Assembly (NCBI GenBank): GCA_033764095.1
Contig: JANRJF010000458.1
Location: 4,814 to 68,813, forward strand
Length of the DNA: 64,000 nt
Direction: 5' to 3'
DNA from: Deltaproteobacteria bacterium
Lineage (GTDB): Bacteria; Desulfobacterota; Binatia; HRBIN30; CADEER01
Both the position numbers and the translations under genes were made by a program. The notes beneath the pieces are model-generated. The model did no database searches, was not told where the DNA came from, and saw nothing but the letters and a program-made list of their open reading frames with translations. Shown here one piece after another: positions 48,970 to 58,750 of the stretch. Position 1 is the stretch's first letter. The number at the start of each line of letters is the position of its first letter.

Positions 48970-51954
48970 TTGAGCCTGCTCGGCTTCATTGCCTTCATCC
49001 TCGCGCTGATCGCCTGGCGCCGTACGCGCCGCCGCGACGATCTCGCCGAACGGGTCGAGCGTCTGGAGCGCGAGCTCGCGACGCTGCGCGAGCAGCTGAG
49101 CGCGGCCGGCGTCGCTGCGCCGGCGGTCGCCGCACCGCTGGTCGTAGCGAGCGCTACCGCGACGCCGCTGGCGGTGGACGCGCCGGAACTGCTCGCCGAG
49201 GCCGAGCCGGCCGCCGCCGCGGCGGACGACGCGGCGCGGCCGACCCTGGAGGATCTGCTCGCCCCCGCCGCCGCGCCGCCGCCCGCGGCGCCCGCCGCGC
49301 CGGCGGCGTGGCAGAGCATCGACTGGGAGCGGCTCTTCGGCGTGCGCGCCGCCGCGGTGCTGGGCGGCATCGCCCTGGCGCTCGCCGGCCTGCTGTTCTT
49401 CAAGTACTCGATCGAGCACGGCCTGATCCCGCCGTGGCTGCGCGTCGTGCTCGGCACCCTGGTCGGCATCGGCTGCATCGGTGGCGGCGAGTGGACCTTG
49501 CGCCGGCGTTACGCGGTGACCGCCGACGCGCTCGCCGGCGGCGGCCTGGTGATCCTCTACGCCGCCTTCTGGGCGGCGAGCGTGCGCTACGACCTGGTGC
49601 CGATCGGCGTCGGCTTCGGGCTGATGATCGCGGTCACCGCCACCGGCTGCGCGCTGGCGGCGCGCCACCGGGCGCTGGTGACGGCGCTGATCGGCCTGAT
49701 CGGCGGCTTCGCGACGCCGCTGCTGCTCTCGACCGGCAGCGATCGCCCGCTCGGCCTGTTCGGCTACGTACTGCTGCTCGACACGGCGCTGCTGGTGCTG
49801 GCGCAGCGCGGCCGCTGGCCGTGGCTGGCGGCGCTGAGCTTCGCCGCGACGCTCTTCTACCAGGCACTGTGGATCGGCACCCGCATGGGGCCCGACCGGC
49901 TGGCGCTCGGGCTCGTCATTCTCGGCGTGTTTGCGCTGCTGTTCGCGGTCGCCAGTCGACTGGCGCCCACCGAGCAGCGACGCGGCTGGTGGTGGACGGC
50001 GGCGGCCGCGGTGCTGGCGCCGTTCGCGTTCGCGCTCTACTTCGCCGTCGACGCCGACTTCGGCCCGTCGCTCAATCCGGTCGCGGCGCTGCTGGTGTTG
50101 CTCTCGTTCGCCGCCGCCTGGCTGGCGCGCGAACAGGATCAGCCGGGCCTCGCGGTCGGCGCTGCCGCCGCCAGCCTCGGCGTCTTCGCCGTGTGGGTGG
50201 CGGTCCGCGTCGACGGCGACGGCATCCAGCCGTGGCAACTGACCCTCTGGTGCGTGGCGCTCGCGGCGGCGTTTCACCTCTTCGTCGAGCTGGAGGGGAC
50301 CGAAGACATACCGCCTGGCAGCCCTTCGCCGCAGGCGGGCGGAGCCGATGTGCGCGGCCCGATGCCGGCCGCCGTGCTCGCCGCCGGCGGCGGCTTCGTG
50401 CTCACCATCGCCGCGTCGCAGGCGGCGCAGAGCCTGGCGCCGTGGCTGGTCGGTTGGACGCTGCTGGCGGCGCTGCTGATCCGCCACGCCGGCCGGCCCG
50501 GCCGCGCGCCGTTGCACCTGGTCGCGGCGCTCGGGGTCGGTTTCGCGCTCTGCGTGCTGCGCAACGCGCACGACGGCGAGGCGTGGTTTCCGTCGCTGAC
50601 GGTGTACCTGCCGCTGACCATTCTCGCCGCCGGCGCCTTCCAGGCGGTGGCGCTGACCCGCGTCGAGGCCGCGGCGCAGCGCTTCGCCGAACATGCCGCG
50701 GCGCTGCTGCCGGTCGTCCTGCTGCTCTACCTCGAGGGCGATCCGCAGGCCCCGGCGGTGCCCTTCCTGCTCGGCACGCTGATCCTCGGCCTGCTCGCCG
50801 CCTTTGCCGGCACCCGCCTCGGCCTCGGTGTCTGGCTGTGCGTCGCGGTGGCGGTCACCGCGCTGGCGCACGACACCTGGAGCCGCGCGCTGCTGCTCGG
50901 CGACGATCCCGCCGCGCTCGCCGGGCGCGCGCTGCTTCTGCAAGCGGTGGCGGTGCTCGCGTTCACCGCCTGGCCCTTCCTGGTCGCCCGTCGCTACCCC
51001 CTCGACCGCCTCGCCTGGCCGGCCGCGGCACTGGCGGCACCGGCCTGGTTCCTGTCGCTGCGCCGGCTGTTCGAGCTGTGCTTCGGCGACGGCGCGATCG
51101 GGGCGCTGCCGGTGGCACTCGGCGTCGTGGCCGTGCTGGCGCTGCGCCAGGCGCGCGCGCTCGGCCCGCGCGAGGAGCCGCTGCGCACCGAGGTGCTCGC
51201 CTGGTTCGGCGCCGTCGCGCTCAGCTTCGTCACCCTCGCCAGCCCGCTGCAGCTGGCGCGCGAGTGGATCACCATCGGCTGGGCGCTCGAAGGCGTCGCC
51301 GTGCTGTGGCTCTGGCGGCGTCTCGATCACCCCGGCCTCAAGTACTTCGGCCTCGCGCTGCTGCTCGCCGTCGCCGTGCGCCTGATCGCCAACCCGGCGG
51401 TGCTCGACTACTACCCGCGCCCCGCCTGGCGCGTCGTCAACTGGCTCCTCTACACCTACCTCGTCCCGGCGGCGGCGCTGCTCGGCGCCAGCAGCATCCT
51501 CGCCGAGCTGGAGCTTCCGCGGCTGCGCGACTGGGAGCGCGTCGGCTACGCGCGCGGCCGCGCCTGGGGCGCGATCGCCACCGGCCTCGGCGGGTTGGCG
51601 GTGATCTTCGTCTGGATCAACCTCGCCATCGCCGACTGGTTCAGCGCCGGCCCGAGCCTGGTGGTGAGCTTCGAGCGCCTGCCGGCGCGCGACCTCACCA
51701 CCTCGATCGCCTGGGCGGTCTACGCGCTCGTGCTGTTGGTGTTGGGTGTACTGCGCCGCAGCATCGGCCTGCGCTGGGCGAGTCTCGGCCTGCTGCTGGT
51801 CACCATCGCCAAGGTCTTCCTGCACGACCTCGGCGAGCTGCGCGATCTGTATCGCGTCGCCTCGCTGCTCGGCCTCGCCATCTCGCTGATCCTGGTGTCG
51901 CTCGCCTATCAGCGCTTCGTCTTCGGCCCCGACGAGGCGGAGCAGCGCTCGTGA
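48970..51954 (+). CDS. DUF2339-family large polytopic membrane protein (N-terminal TM helix, coiled-coil RVERLERELATLREQL, Ala/Pro-rich linker, then >25 TM helices)
   Basis: Architecture read from the translation. TTG start as given by the track. Divergent from flotillin. Confidence 0.7.
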   Translation: MSLLGFIAFILALIAWRRTRRRDDLAERVERLERELATLREQLSAAGVAAPAVAAPLVVASATATPLAVDAPELLAEAEPAAAAADDAARPTLEDLLAPAAAPPPAAPAAPAAWQSIDWERLFGVRAAAVLGGIALALAGLLFFKYSIEHGLIPPWLRVVLGTLVGIGCIGGGEWTLRRRYAVTADALAGGGLVILYAAFWAASVRYDLVPIGVGFGLMIAVTATGCALAARHRALVTALIGLIGGFATPLLLSTGSDRPLGLFGYVLLLDTALLVLAQRGRWPWLAALSFAATLFYQALWIGTRMGPDRLALGLVILGVFALLFAVASRLAPTEQRRGWWWTAAAAVLAPFAFALYFAVDADFGPSLNPVAALLVLLSFAAAWLAREQDQPGLAVGAAAASLGVFAVWVAVRVDGDGIQPWQLTLWCVALAAAFHLFVELEGTEDIPPGSPSPQAGGADVRGPMPAAVLAAGGGFVLTIAASQAAQSLAPWLVGWTLLAALLIRHAGRPGRAPLHLVAALGVGFALCVLRNAHDGEAWFPSLTVYLPLTILAAGAFQAVALTRVEAAAQRFAEHAAALLPVVLLLYLEGDPQAPAVPFLLGTLILGLLAAFAGTRLGLGVWLCVAVAVTALAHDTWSRALLLGDDPAALAGRALLLQAVAVLAFTAWPFLVARRYPLDRLAWPAAALAAPAWFLSLRRLFELCFGDGAIGALPVALGVVAVLALRQARALGPREEPLRTEVLAWFGAVALSFVTLASPLQLAREWITIGWALEGVAVLWLWRRLDHPGLKYFGLALLLAVAVRLIANPAVLDYYPRPAWRVVNWLLYTYLVPAAALLGASSILAELELPRLRDWERVGYARGRAWGAIATGLGGLAVIFVWINLAIADWFSAGPSLVVSFERLPARDLTTSIAWAVYALVLLVLGVLRRSIGLRWASLGLLLVTIAKVFLHDLGELRDLYRVASLLGLAISLILVSLAYQRFVFGPDEAEQRS

Positions 51955-53981
51955 TCCGCACGCTGTTCACCTGTGTGCTGCTGGTCGCCGGCGTGGCGCA
52001 CGCCGACGTCCCCGACCTGCGCCGGTTGTTTCCCTTCGAGCGGACGGTCGACGTGGCGCAGCCGGGCGTGGTGCGCCTCGCGCTGCCCGCCGAGGTCCTG
52101 CGCGCGACCCGGCCCGACCTGTCCGACGTGCGGCTGTTCGACGCCGACGGCCGCGAGGTGCCCTTCCTGATCGACACCGGCGAGCCGCGCGGCGAGCGCG
52201 TCGAACGCCGCCTCGAGCCGACCGTGCTCGATGCGCGCCGCGAGCAGATCGAGCGCGCCGATGCCCCGCCGCTCTACCGCGAGACCTATGTCCTCGCCGC
52301 GCCACCCGACGACGCGCCGGCCTGGGAGTTGCTGTTCGACGTCGAGCAGGCGGAGTTTCTGCGCCGCCTGACCGTCGAGGCGGTCGACGCCGACGGCAGC
52401 CGCCGACCGCTGCTGAAGGACGACGCCATCTTCCGCCTGCGCAAGCCGCTGTCGGCGAAGCTGCGCGTCGCGCTGCCGCTGCGCGGCGCGGCGCCGTGGC
52501 CGAGCCGCATTGCGGTGACGCTGGAGGGCGAGGACGGCCAGTACCTGCGCCCGCGACTCGCGCTGCAGAGCACCCGCGACCTGGCGGCGAACCCGCCGGT
52601 CGCGGTCGAGCTCGAGCCGATCAGCGTCGAGACGCGCGACGGGCGCTCGGTCATCGAGCTGGCCCGCCCCGGCGGTCTGGTGCCGGATGCGCTGCGCCTC
52701 GACAGCCGCACGGCGGCGTTCTCGCGCGACGTCACCGTCTGGGATGAGCAGCCGGGGCAGCCGGCGACGCAGATCGGAGCCGCAACACTGGTGCGGCTGC
52801 GCGGCGCCACCGGCGAGCGCGAGCGCGAGGTGGCGCTGCGCGCCGCCCGCGGCGACCGCCTGCGCCTGGAGATCACCGACGGCGACAGTCCGGCGCTGGT
52901 CAATCCGCGCGTCATCGCGCTGGTGCGCCAGCCGGTCCTGGTGTTCGCCGCCGACGCCAGCGGCGCCTTCACGCTGCGCTATGGCGGCGGCCGCGCCCAC
53001 GCACCGCGCTACGACCTGGCGGCGCTGCGCCCGCGGCCCAATACGCCGCTCGACGCGGCGCGCGCCGCGCTGGTCGCGCCGGCCGACCCGCCTGCCGCGC
53101 CGGCGACGCTCGGGCCGCAGGGTGACAATCCGGCCTACGATGGCGCCCCGGCGCTGGGGTTCGCGCTGCGCCCGGGCGCCGCGCTGGATGCGCGCGCATG
53201 GGCGCTGCGGCGCCGCCTGGCGGTGCCGCAATCGCCCGACGGGCTGACCCGCCTGCGCCTGGCACCGGAGGACGCGGCCGCGGCACGCCCCGATCTCGCC
53301 GATCTGCGGATCGTCGACGCGCAGGGGCAGCAATGGCCGTACCTGCTGCAGCGCGACGCCGGGCGCTTCTGGCAGGAGCTCGAGGTCGATCGACCGCGGC
53401 GCGACGGGCGCCGCTCGACGGTGGCCCTGCGCCTGCCGGTCGCGCCGCTGACCATCGACCAGCTGGCGCTGGAGAGCGACGCGACGTTCGTCGACCGTCC
53501 GTTCCGCCTGCGCGGCAAGGCGCCGGACGAGACCGAGGTCGTGCTCGCCGACGGCCGCCTGACGCTGCGCGCCGAACGCCCGCAACCGCTCACCATCGCC
53601 TTTGCGCCGCAGCGGCTGAGCGAGCTGACGCTGGAGATCGACGACGGTGACGAGGCGCCGCTCGCCTGGCGCGCGGCGCGGGCGCGCAGCGTCGCGGCGG
53701 AGCTCTTCCTGGTCGCCCCGGCCGGCGCGTACTCGCTGCTGGTCGGCGCCGCCGACGCCGAGCCGCCGACCTACGACATCGAGCGGGTGCGCGACGTCGT
53801 CTTCGCCGTGCGCGGCGGCACTGCCGCGGTGGGCGCGCTGGAGGCGAACCCGGTGCACACGCTCGGCATCAGCGCGCGCGGGGGCTGGGCGACGCTGCTG
53901 CCGCGCCTGCTGCTCTGGGCGGCGCTGATCGCCGCCGTGCTGGTGCTCGGCGTGGTGACCCTGCGCACCGTGCGGCGCTGA
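51951..53981 (+). CDS. DUF3999-family protein (signal peptide, large periplasmic beta-rich region, C-terminal TM anchor), translationally coupled (GTGA) to the DUF2339 gene
   Basis: Signal peptide IRTLFTCVLLVAGVAHA. C-terminal WATLLPRLLLWAALIAAVLVLGVV TM helix. DUF2339/DUF3999 co-occurrence is a known conserved pairing. Confidence 0.65.
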   Translation: MIRTLFTCVLLVAGVAHADVPDLRRLFPFERTVDVAQPGVVRLALPAEVLRATRPDLSDVRLFDADGREVPFLIDTGEPRGERVERRLEPTVLDARREQIERADAPPLYRETYVLAAPPDDAPAWELLFDVEQAEFLRRLTVEAVDADGSRRPLLKDDAIFRLRKPLSAKLRVALPLRGAAPWPSRIAVTLEGEDGQYLRPRLALQSTRDLAANPPVAVELEPISVETRDGRSVIELARPGGLVPDALRLDSRTAAFSRDVTVWDEQPGQPATQIGAATLVRLRGATGEREREVALRAARGDRLRLEITDGDSPALVNPRVIALVRQPVLVFAADASGAFTLRYGGGRAHAPRYDLAALRPRPNTPLDAARAALVAPADPPAAPATLGPQGDNPAYDGAPALGFALRPGAALDARAWALRRRLAVPQSPDGLTRLRLAPEDAAAARPDLADLRIVDAQGQQWPYLLQRDAGRFWQELEVDRPRRDGRRSTVALRLPVAPLTIDQLALESDATFVDRPFRLRGKAPDETEVVLADGRLTLRAERPQPLTIAFAPQRLSELTLEIDDGDEAPLAWRAARARSVAAELFLVAPAGAYSLLVGAADAEPPTYDIERVRDVVFAVRGGTAAVGALEANPVHTLGISARGGWATLLPRLLLWAALIAAVLVLGVVTLRTVRR

Positions 53982-54058
53982 ATTCCGCCTGGCAGGCTGA
54001 CAGCACTTTCGTCTGTCGATTCGGCATAGCGCTGCGCTATGGTCGCCCCGTTCGCGCC

Positions 54059-56218
54059 ATGTTCCAGCCGTCTGATGATGCGGTCCGCAACTCGCCGGAG
54101 GTCGGCGCGGCCTTCAACCGCCTGCTGATCCGCCGCGCTCGCGTCGGTCTTCTGCTCGGCTGCGCCGCGGTGGTCGCCTTCGTCACCGTGAATCATCTCG
54201 GGCGGACGCCGATGCCGAGGTGGACCGACGTGATGAACCTGTCGGTCGCGCTGGGTCTGGCGGCGGCGTTGATCGCCACCACCTACGCGGCAGTGCAACG
54301 CCACATCATCGCGCTGATGATGCTGGCCGTCACGCTGGCCAGCGCCGTGCGTGCCCTGGCGGGCACCTGGCATGGGGACGTGGCGCCGAGCGCCATCTTC
54401 CTGGTCGTCATGGCGATGACCGCCGCGTCGATCCTCGCCTGGGGCTTCTGGCCGCAGATCTTCACCGCCGTCGTCGCCGGCATCGCGGCAGCGTTGAACG
54501 CCTATCTGGTCACCGGCGGTTTCGGCCCACCGCCCGGGCATGCCGCGGCGGCGGTCGCGCTCGGCCTCGCCGGCTCGGTGATCCTGGCGGTCGAGATGCG
54601 CCGCCATCACCTGCAGTTGTTCGTCGACAACCTGCGCCGGCGGCAGGCCGAGGCGGCGCTCGCGCAGCTCAACGCCCAGCTCGAGCAGCGCGTCGAAGAG
54701 CGCACCGCGCAGCTTGCCGCCGCGACCCGCGACCTGGAGCGCGAGGTGCACGAGCGCCAACAGGCGGCGGCGGACCTGCGCGAGAGCCAGCGGCGCCTGC
54801 AGGCCGTGCTCGATCACGCCGACGTCGCCATCTACCTGCGCGACCTCGACGGGCGCTACCTGGTGGTCAACCGCTACTGGTTGGCGCTGGCGGGCCGCAC
54901 GGCCGAGGAGGTGATCGGGCTCCGCATGGAGGAGGTGCTGCCGCCCGACGTCGTGGCCGGGTTGCGCGCGCACGACGACGAGGTGCTCGCCGCGCCGCAT
55001 TCGCTGCAGTTCGAGGAGAGCATCCCGCAGCTCGACGGGTGGCACACCTTCGTCTCGGTGAAGTTCGCCTGGCACCGCGACGACGGCACGCCGGTCGGCA
55101 TCTGGGGACTGTCCACCGACATCACCGAGCGCAAGCACGCCGAGGCCGAGCTGCGGCGCTCCGAAGCGGCACTGACGGCGGTGCTGGAGAACACCAGCGA
55201 CGCGATCTGGGCGCTCGACCGGCACGGGGCGGTGACGGTGATGAACGCGGCGGCGCGTCGTCGCTTTGCCGCCCGCGAGGCCGGCGTCCCGGTGGTGCCG
55301 AGCGGCGACGCCGGCGGCGAGTTCGGGCAGCTCTATGCGCGCGCCCTCGCCGGCCATCACGTCGAGCTCGGCTACACCGTGCCGGGCGCCGGCGGCGACG
55401 AGAGCTATCTGACCGCCGCCAATCCGATCGTCGAGGACGGCGCGGTGGTCGGGGTGACGGTGATCAGCAAGGACATCACCCAACTGCGGCGCGCCGAGCA
55501 GGCGGCGCGCGAGCACCAGGCCGAGCTGGCGCACGTGCTGCGGCTGAGCACGATGGGCGAGATGGCCTCCGGCCTGGCGCACGAGATCAACCAACCGCTC
55601 GGCGCCATCGCCAACTACGCGCAGGGCTGTGCCCGCCGGCTGCGCAACGGCACCGCCGACGTCGAGACGCTGCTGCCGGTGATCGACAAGATCGGCGCCG
55701 AGGCGCTGCGGGCCGGCGAGGTGATCCGCCGCCTGCGCGACCTGGTGCGCAAGGAGGAGCCGCGCCAGGCGCCGGCCGATCTCAACCTGCTGGTGCGCGA
55801 GACGCTGCGCCTGGTCGAACCGGAAGCGCGCGAGCGCAACGTCCGCATCCAGCTCGAGCTGGCGCCGGCGCTGCCGCCGATCTCCTGCAACGACATCCAG
55901 ATCGAGCAGGTGCTGCTCAATCTGCTGCTCAACGGCGTCGAGGCGGTGGAGGCCTCGCCCAACGGCGTGCGGCGCGTCACCGTCGCCACCGCGGCGGTGC
56001 CCAACGGGGTCGAAGTGGCGGTGAGCGACAGCGGCGCCGGGCTGCCCGATCCGCCGGTGGACGTGTTCAAGCCGTTCTTCACCACCAAGCCGGACGGGCT
56101 CGGCATGGGCCTGTCGATCAGCCGCTCGATCATCGAGGCGCACGGCGGCCAGCTGTCGGCGACCCGCAACCCGGAGCGCGGCAGCACCTTTCGCTTCGTC
56201 CTTCCGCACCGCGCGTGA
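54059..56218 (+). CDS. Membrane-bound PAS-domain sensor histidine kinase
   Basis: N-terminal TM helices, two PAS-like regions, H-box HEINQPLGAI and a HATPase_c domain. Confidence 0.85.
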   Translation: MFQPSDDAVRNSPEVGAAFNRLLIRRARVGLLLGCAAVVAFVTVNHLGRTPMPRWTDVMNLSVALGLAAALIATTYAAVQRHIIALMMLAVTLASAVRALAGTWHGDVAPSAIFLVVMAMTAASILAWGFWPQIFTAVVAGIAAALNAYLVTGGFGPPPGHAAAAVALGLAGSVILAVEMRRHHLQLFVDNLRRRQAEAALAQLNAQLEQRVEERTAQLAAATRDLEREVHERQQAAADLRESQRRLQAVLDHADVAIYLRDLDGRYLVVNRYWLALAGRTAEEVIGLRMEEVLPPDVVAGLRAHDDEVLAAPHSLQFEESIPQLDGWHTFVSVKFAWHRDDGTPVGIWGLSTDITERKHAEAELRRSEAALTAVLENTSDAIWALDRHGAVTVMNAAARRRFAAREAGVPVVPSGDAGGEFGQLYARALAGHHVELGYTVPGAGGDESYLTAANPIVEDGAVVGVTVISKDITQLRRAEQAAREHQAELAHVLRLSTMGEMASGLAHEINQPLGAIANYAQGCARRLRNGTADVETLLPVIDKIGAEALRAGEVIRRLRDLVRKEEPRQAPADLNLLVRETLRLVEPEARERNVRIQLELAPALPPISCNDIQIEQVLLNLLLNGVEAVEASPNGVRRVTVATAAVPNGVEVAVSDSGAGLPDPPVDVFKPFFTTKPDGLGMGLSISRSIIEAHGGQLSATRNPERGSTFRFVLPHRA

Positions 56219-56274
56219 CCGCCGCGCGGATTCGCCGCGTGGTGCAATCCGGCCGATTGTGGTGAGCTGCGCCG

Positions 56275-57786
56275 GTGAACCTGTTCGGGCTGCTGCTCGA
56301 CCAACCGCGCGAGCGCGTCGCGCTCGCCTCCGACGACGCGACGTGGACCTACGGCGGCCTGGCCGACGCCAGCCTGCGGGTCGCGGCGGGGCTGGGTCGG
56401 CTCGGGCTGCAGCCGGGCGACCGGGTCGCCTACTTCCTGCCCAACTGCGTCGAGCTGGTGCTCGGTTACTTCGGCGCCTTCGCGGCGGGGGTGATCGGCG
56501 TTCCGCTCAACCCGCGCTACCAGGGCGCCGAGGTCGAGCACGCGGTGGCCGACAGTCGGCCGCGCGCGCTGATCGCCGACGCCGCCCTGCTGGCGCGGCT
56601 CGACGGCGCCCGCCTCGCCGCGCTCGGCATCGAGGCGGTGTTCGTGCGCGGCGGCCTCGCGCCGCCGGGAACCCGGCCCTTCGCTGCGCTGACCGCGCCA
56701 GCGCCGCGCGCGGCGCCGGCAACCGTCGCGCCGGCGGCCGACGCGGTGATCCTCTACACCTCCGGCTCGACCGCGGCGCCGAAGGGCGTCACCCACACGC
56801 ACGGCGGCCTGCACAACGCCGTGCGCCATCAGGTCGCGACGCAGCAACTCACGGCGACCGACGTGCAGCTCGCCTGGATGGGCATCGCCTACATCGCGGC
56901 GTTCTGCGGCCAGCTGCTGCCCAGCCTGGCGCTCGGCGGTCGCACCGTGCTGCTCGGGCGCTTCGCGCCGGAGGCGGTGCTCGATGCGATCGCGCGCCAG
57001 CGGGTGACGCGGCTGCAGAGCGGACCGACCGACCTGCGCGACCTGCTCGACGCGCCCGGCCTCGCCGCCGCCGACCTGACCTCGCTGCGCGCCTGCATCG
57101 CCGGCGGCGAACAGATCCACCGCGAGCTGCACGAGCGCTTCGCCGCCCGCACCGGTTTCGCGCTCACCGAGGCGTGCGGCATGACCGAGCTCTACAACTA
57201 CGCGAGCAATCCGCCGTTCGGCGCCAAACGGCTGGGCTCGATCGGCCACCCGACCGACGGCGTCGACATGCGGCTGGTGGATCGCGACGGCCGTGAAGCC
57301 GACGAAGGCGAGATCCACGTGCGCAGCGACGCATTGATGCGCGGCTACTGGAACAATCTCGAGGCGACCGCCGCGGTGCTGCGCGACGGCTGGCTGGCGA
57401 CCGGCGATCTGGCGCGCCGCGATGCCGACGGCTGGTACTGGTTCATCGGGCGCCGCAAGCACCTCATCATCCGCGGCGCCTCGAACATCGCGCCGGGCGA
57501 GGTCGAGGCGGTACTGGTTGCACACCCGGCGGTCGCCAACGCCGGCGTGGTCGGCGCGCCGGATCGGCGCGAGGGGCACGTGCCGGTGGCGTTCGTTCAG
57601 CTGCGGCCCGGTGCGACCGTCGATGCCGAGACGCTGCGCGCCTTCGCCGCCGAGCGGCTCGCCGCCTACAAGGTGCCGGTGCGCATCGCGATCGTCGCGG
57701 CGCTGCCGCTCACCGCCACCGGCAAGGTCGATCGCGCCCGGCTGCCAATCTCCCCGAGCAAACCCCCCTTTGAAAGCGGGGGGTGA
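56275..57786 (+). CDS. AMP-dependent synthetase/ligase (acyl-CoA or aryl-CoA ligase, ANL superfamily)
   Basis: YTSGSTAAPKGV AMP-binding motif. ~500 aa. GTG start. Confidence 0.85.
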   Translation: MNLFGLLLDQPRERVALASDDATWTYGGLADASLRVAAGLGRLGLQPGDRVAYFLPNCVELVLGYFGAFAAGVIGVPLNPRYQGAEVEHAVADSRPRALIADAALLARLDGARLAALGIEAVFVRGGLAPPGTRPFAALTAPAPRAAPATVAPAADAVILYTSGSTAAPKGVTHTHGGLHNAVRHQVATQQLTATDVQLAWMGIAYIAAFCGQLLPSLALGGRTVLLGRFAPEAVLDAIARQRVTRLQSGPTDLRDLLDAPGLAAADLTSLRACIAGGEQIHRELHERFAARTGFALTEACGMTELYNYASNPPFGAKRLGSIGHPTDGVDMRLVDRDGREADEGEIHVRSDALMRGYWNNLEATAAVLRDGWLATGDLARRDADGWYWFIGRRKHLIIRGASNIAPGEVEAVLVAHPAVANAGVVGAPDRREGHVPVAFVQLRPGATVDAETLRAFAAERLAAYKVPVRIAIVAALPLTATGKVDRARLPISPSKPPFESGG

Positions 57787-57842
57787 GGGGGGATTTTCGA
57801 AACGATCAGCGCCCGCGGGCAGGTCGTTTGGAAAATCCCCCC
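57787..57842. terminator. 18-bp-arm hairpin GGGGGGATTTTCGAAACG-N20-CGTTTGGAAAATCCCCCC (one mismatch) between convergent genes. Flanked by a second hairpin CCCCCCTTTGAAAGCGGGGGG (57763..57783) that overlaps the ligase stop.
   Basis: Read from the sequence. Probable bidirectional terminator or REP-like element. Confidence 0.5.
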
Positions 57843-58750
57843 TGGCCGCCCTTTTTCAACGCGGGGGCTTTCAGCGAGGAGCGCGCCGCGGTCCTGGCGT
57901 AGCGCGTCACCGCTTCGCGATACGCCTTCTGCAGCTTGCGCGTCACGTTGCCGGGCTTGCCGGAGCCGAGCGTGCCCTCGTCGACCTGCGTGATCGGCAC
58001 GATCTCGATCATCGACGAGGTGAGGAAGGCCTCGTCGGCGAGGCGCAGGTGGGTGGTGGTGATGTCCTGCTCGGCGATGCGCAGGCCGAGGCGCGCGGCG
58101 AGGTCGAGCACGATGGCGCGCGTCACGCCGGGTAGGATGCCGCCCTGCGGCGCGGTCATCAGCACGCCGTCGCGCACCACGAACACCGACGTCGTCGTGC
58201 CTTCCGTCAGCACGTGGTCGGCGCGCACGAAGATGCCCTCGTAGGCGCCGTGGTAGGAGGCCAGCACCTTGCCGACCACCGCCGGCAGGTAGTTGAGCGA
58301 CTTGTGCTCGGGAATGAAGCCGTGGCGCGAGAAGGGCAGGAGCGCGACCTTCACGCCGCGCTTCTGGTGCGTCTCGATCTGCGGGTCGAGGGCGCGCACC
58401 ATCACCATGGTGGTGGGCTTGGCGAGGTCGGGCGGCAGCACGCGCGGTTCGGCCGGCCCGCGCGTGATCGTCAACCGCACCCAGGCGTCGCGTTTGGCGA
58501 GCCCGTTCTTCGCCAGCAGCTCGCGGATGATCGCCGGCCAGTCGAGGTGCGGGATCGGCAGGCCGAGGATGTCGGCCGAGGTGCGCAGGCGGTGGAAGTG
58601 CTCCTCGATGCAGAAGGCGACGCCGCCGTAGGCGCGCATGGTTTCGAACAGGCCGTCGCCGTAGAGCAGGCCGCGGTCGTAGACGCTGACGGTGGCCTTG
58701 CGCGATTCGACGATGCGGCCGTTCAGGAACACGAAGCCGTTCTGCGTCAT
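57806..58750 (-). CDS. pabC: Class IV (fold type IV) PLP-dependent aminotransferase; by context probably aminodeoxychorismate lyase (PabC)
   Basis: Fold-IV aminotransferase sequence. ATGA overlap with pabB upstream. The 3' tail runs through the hairpins, so the exact stop is uncertain. Confidence 0.6.
   Translation of the reverse strand: MTQNGFVFLNGRIVESRKATVSVYDRGLLYGDGLFETMRAYGGVAFCIEEHFHRLRTSADILGLPIPHLDWPAIIRELLAKNGLAKRDAWVRLTITRGPAEPRVLPPDLAKPTTMVMVRALDPQIETHQKRGVKVALLPFSRHGFIPEHKSLNYLPAVVGKVLASYHGAYEGIFVRADHVLTEGTTTSVFVVRDGVLMTAPQGGILPGVTRAIVLDLAARLGLRIAEQDITTTHLRLADEAFLTSSMIEIVPITQVDEGTLGSGKPGNVTRKLQKAYREAVTRYARTAARSSLKAPALKKGGQGGFSKRPARGR

Noticed and set aside
48641-48973. 110-aa ORF in the flotillin/DUF2339 divergent region
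   Set aside because: Arg-rich low-complexity translation with no RBS. It is more likely promoter DNA.
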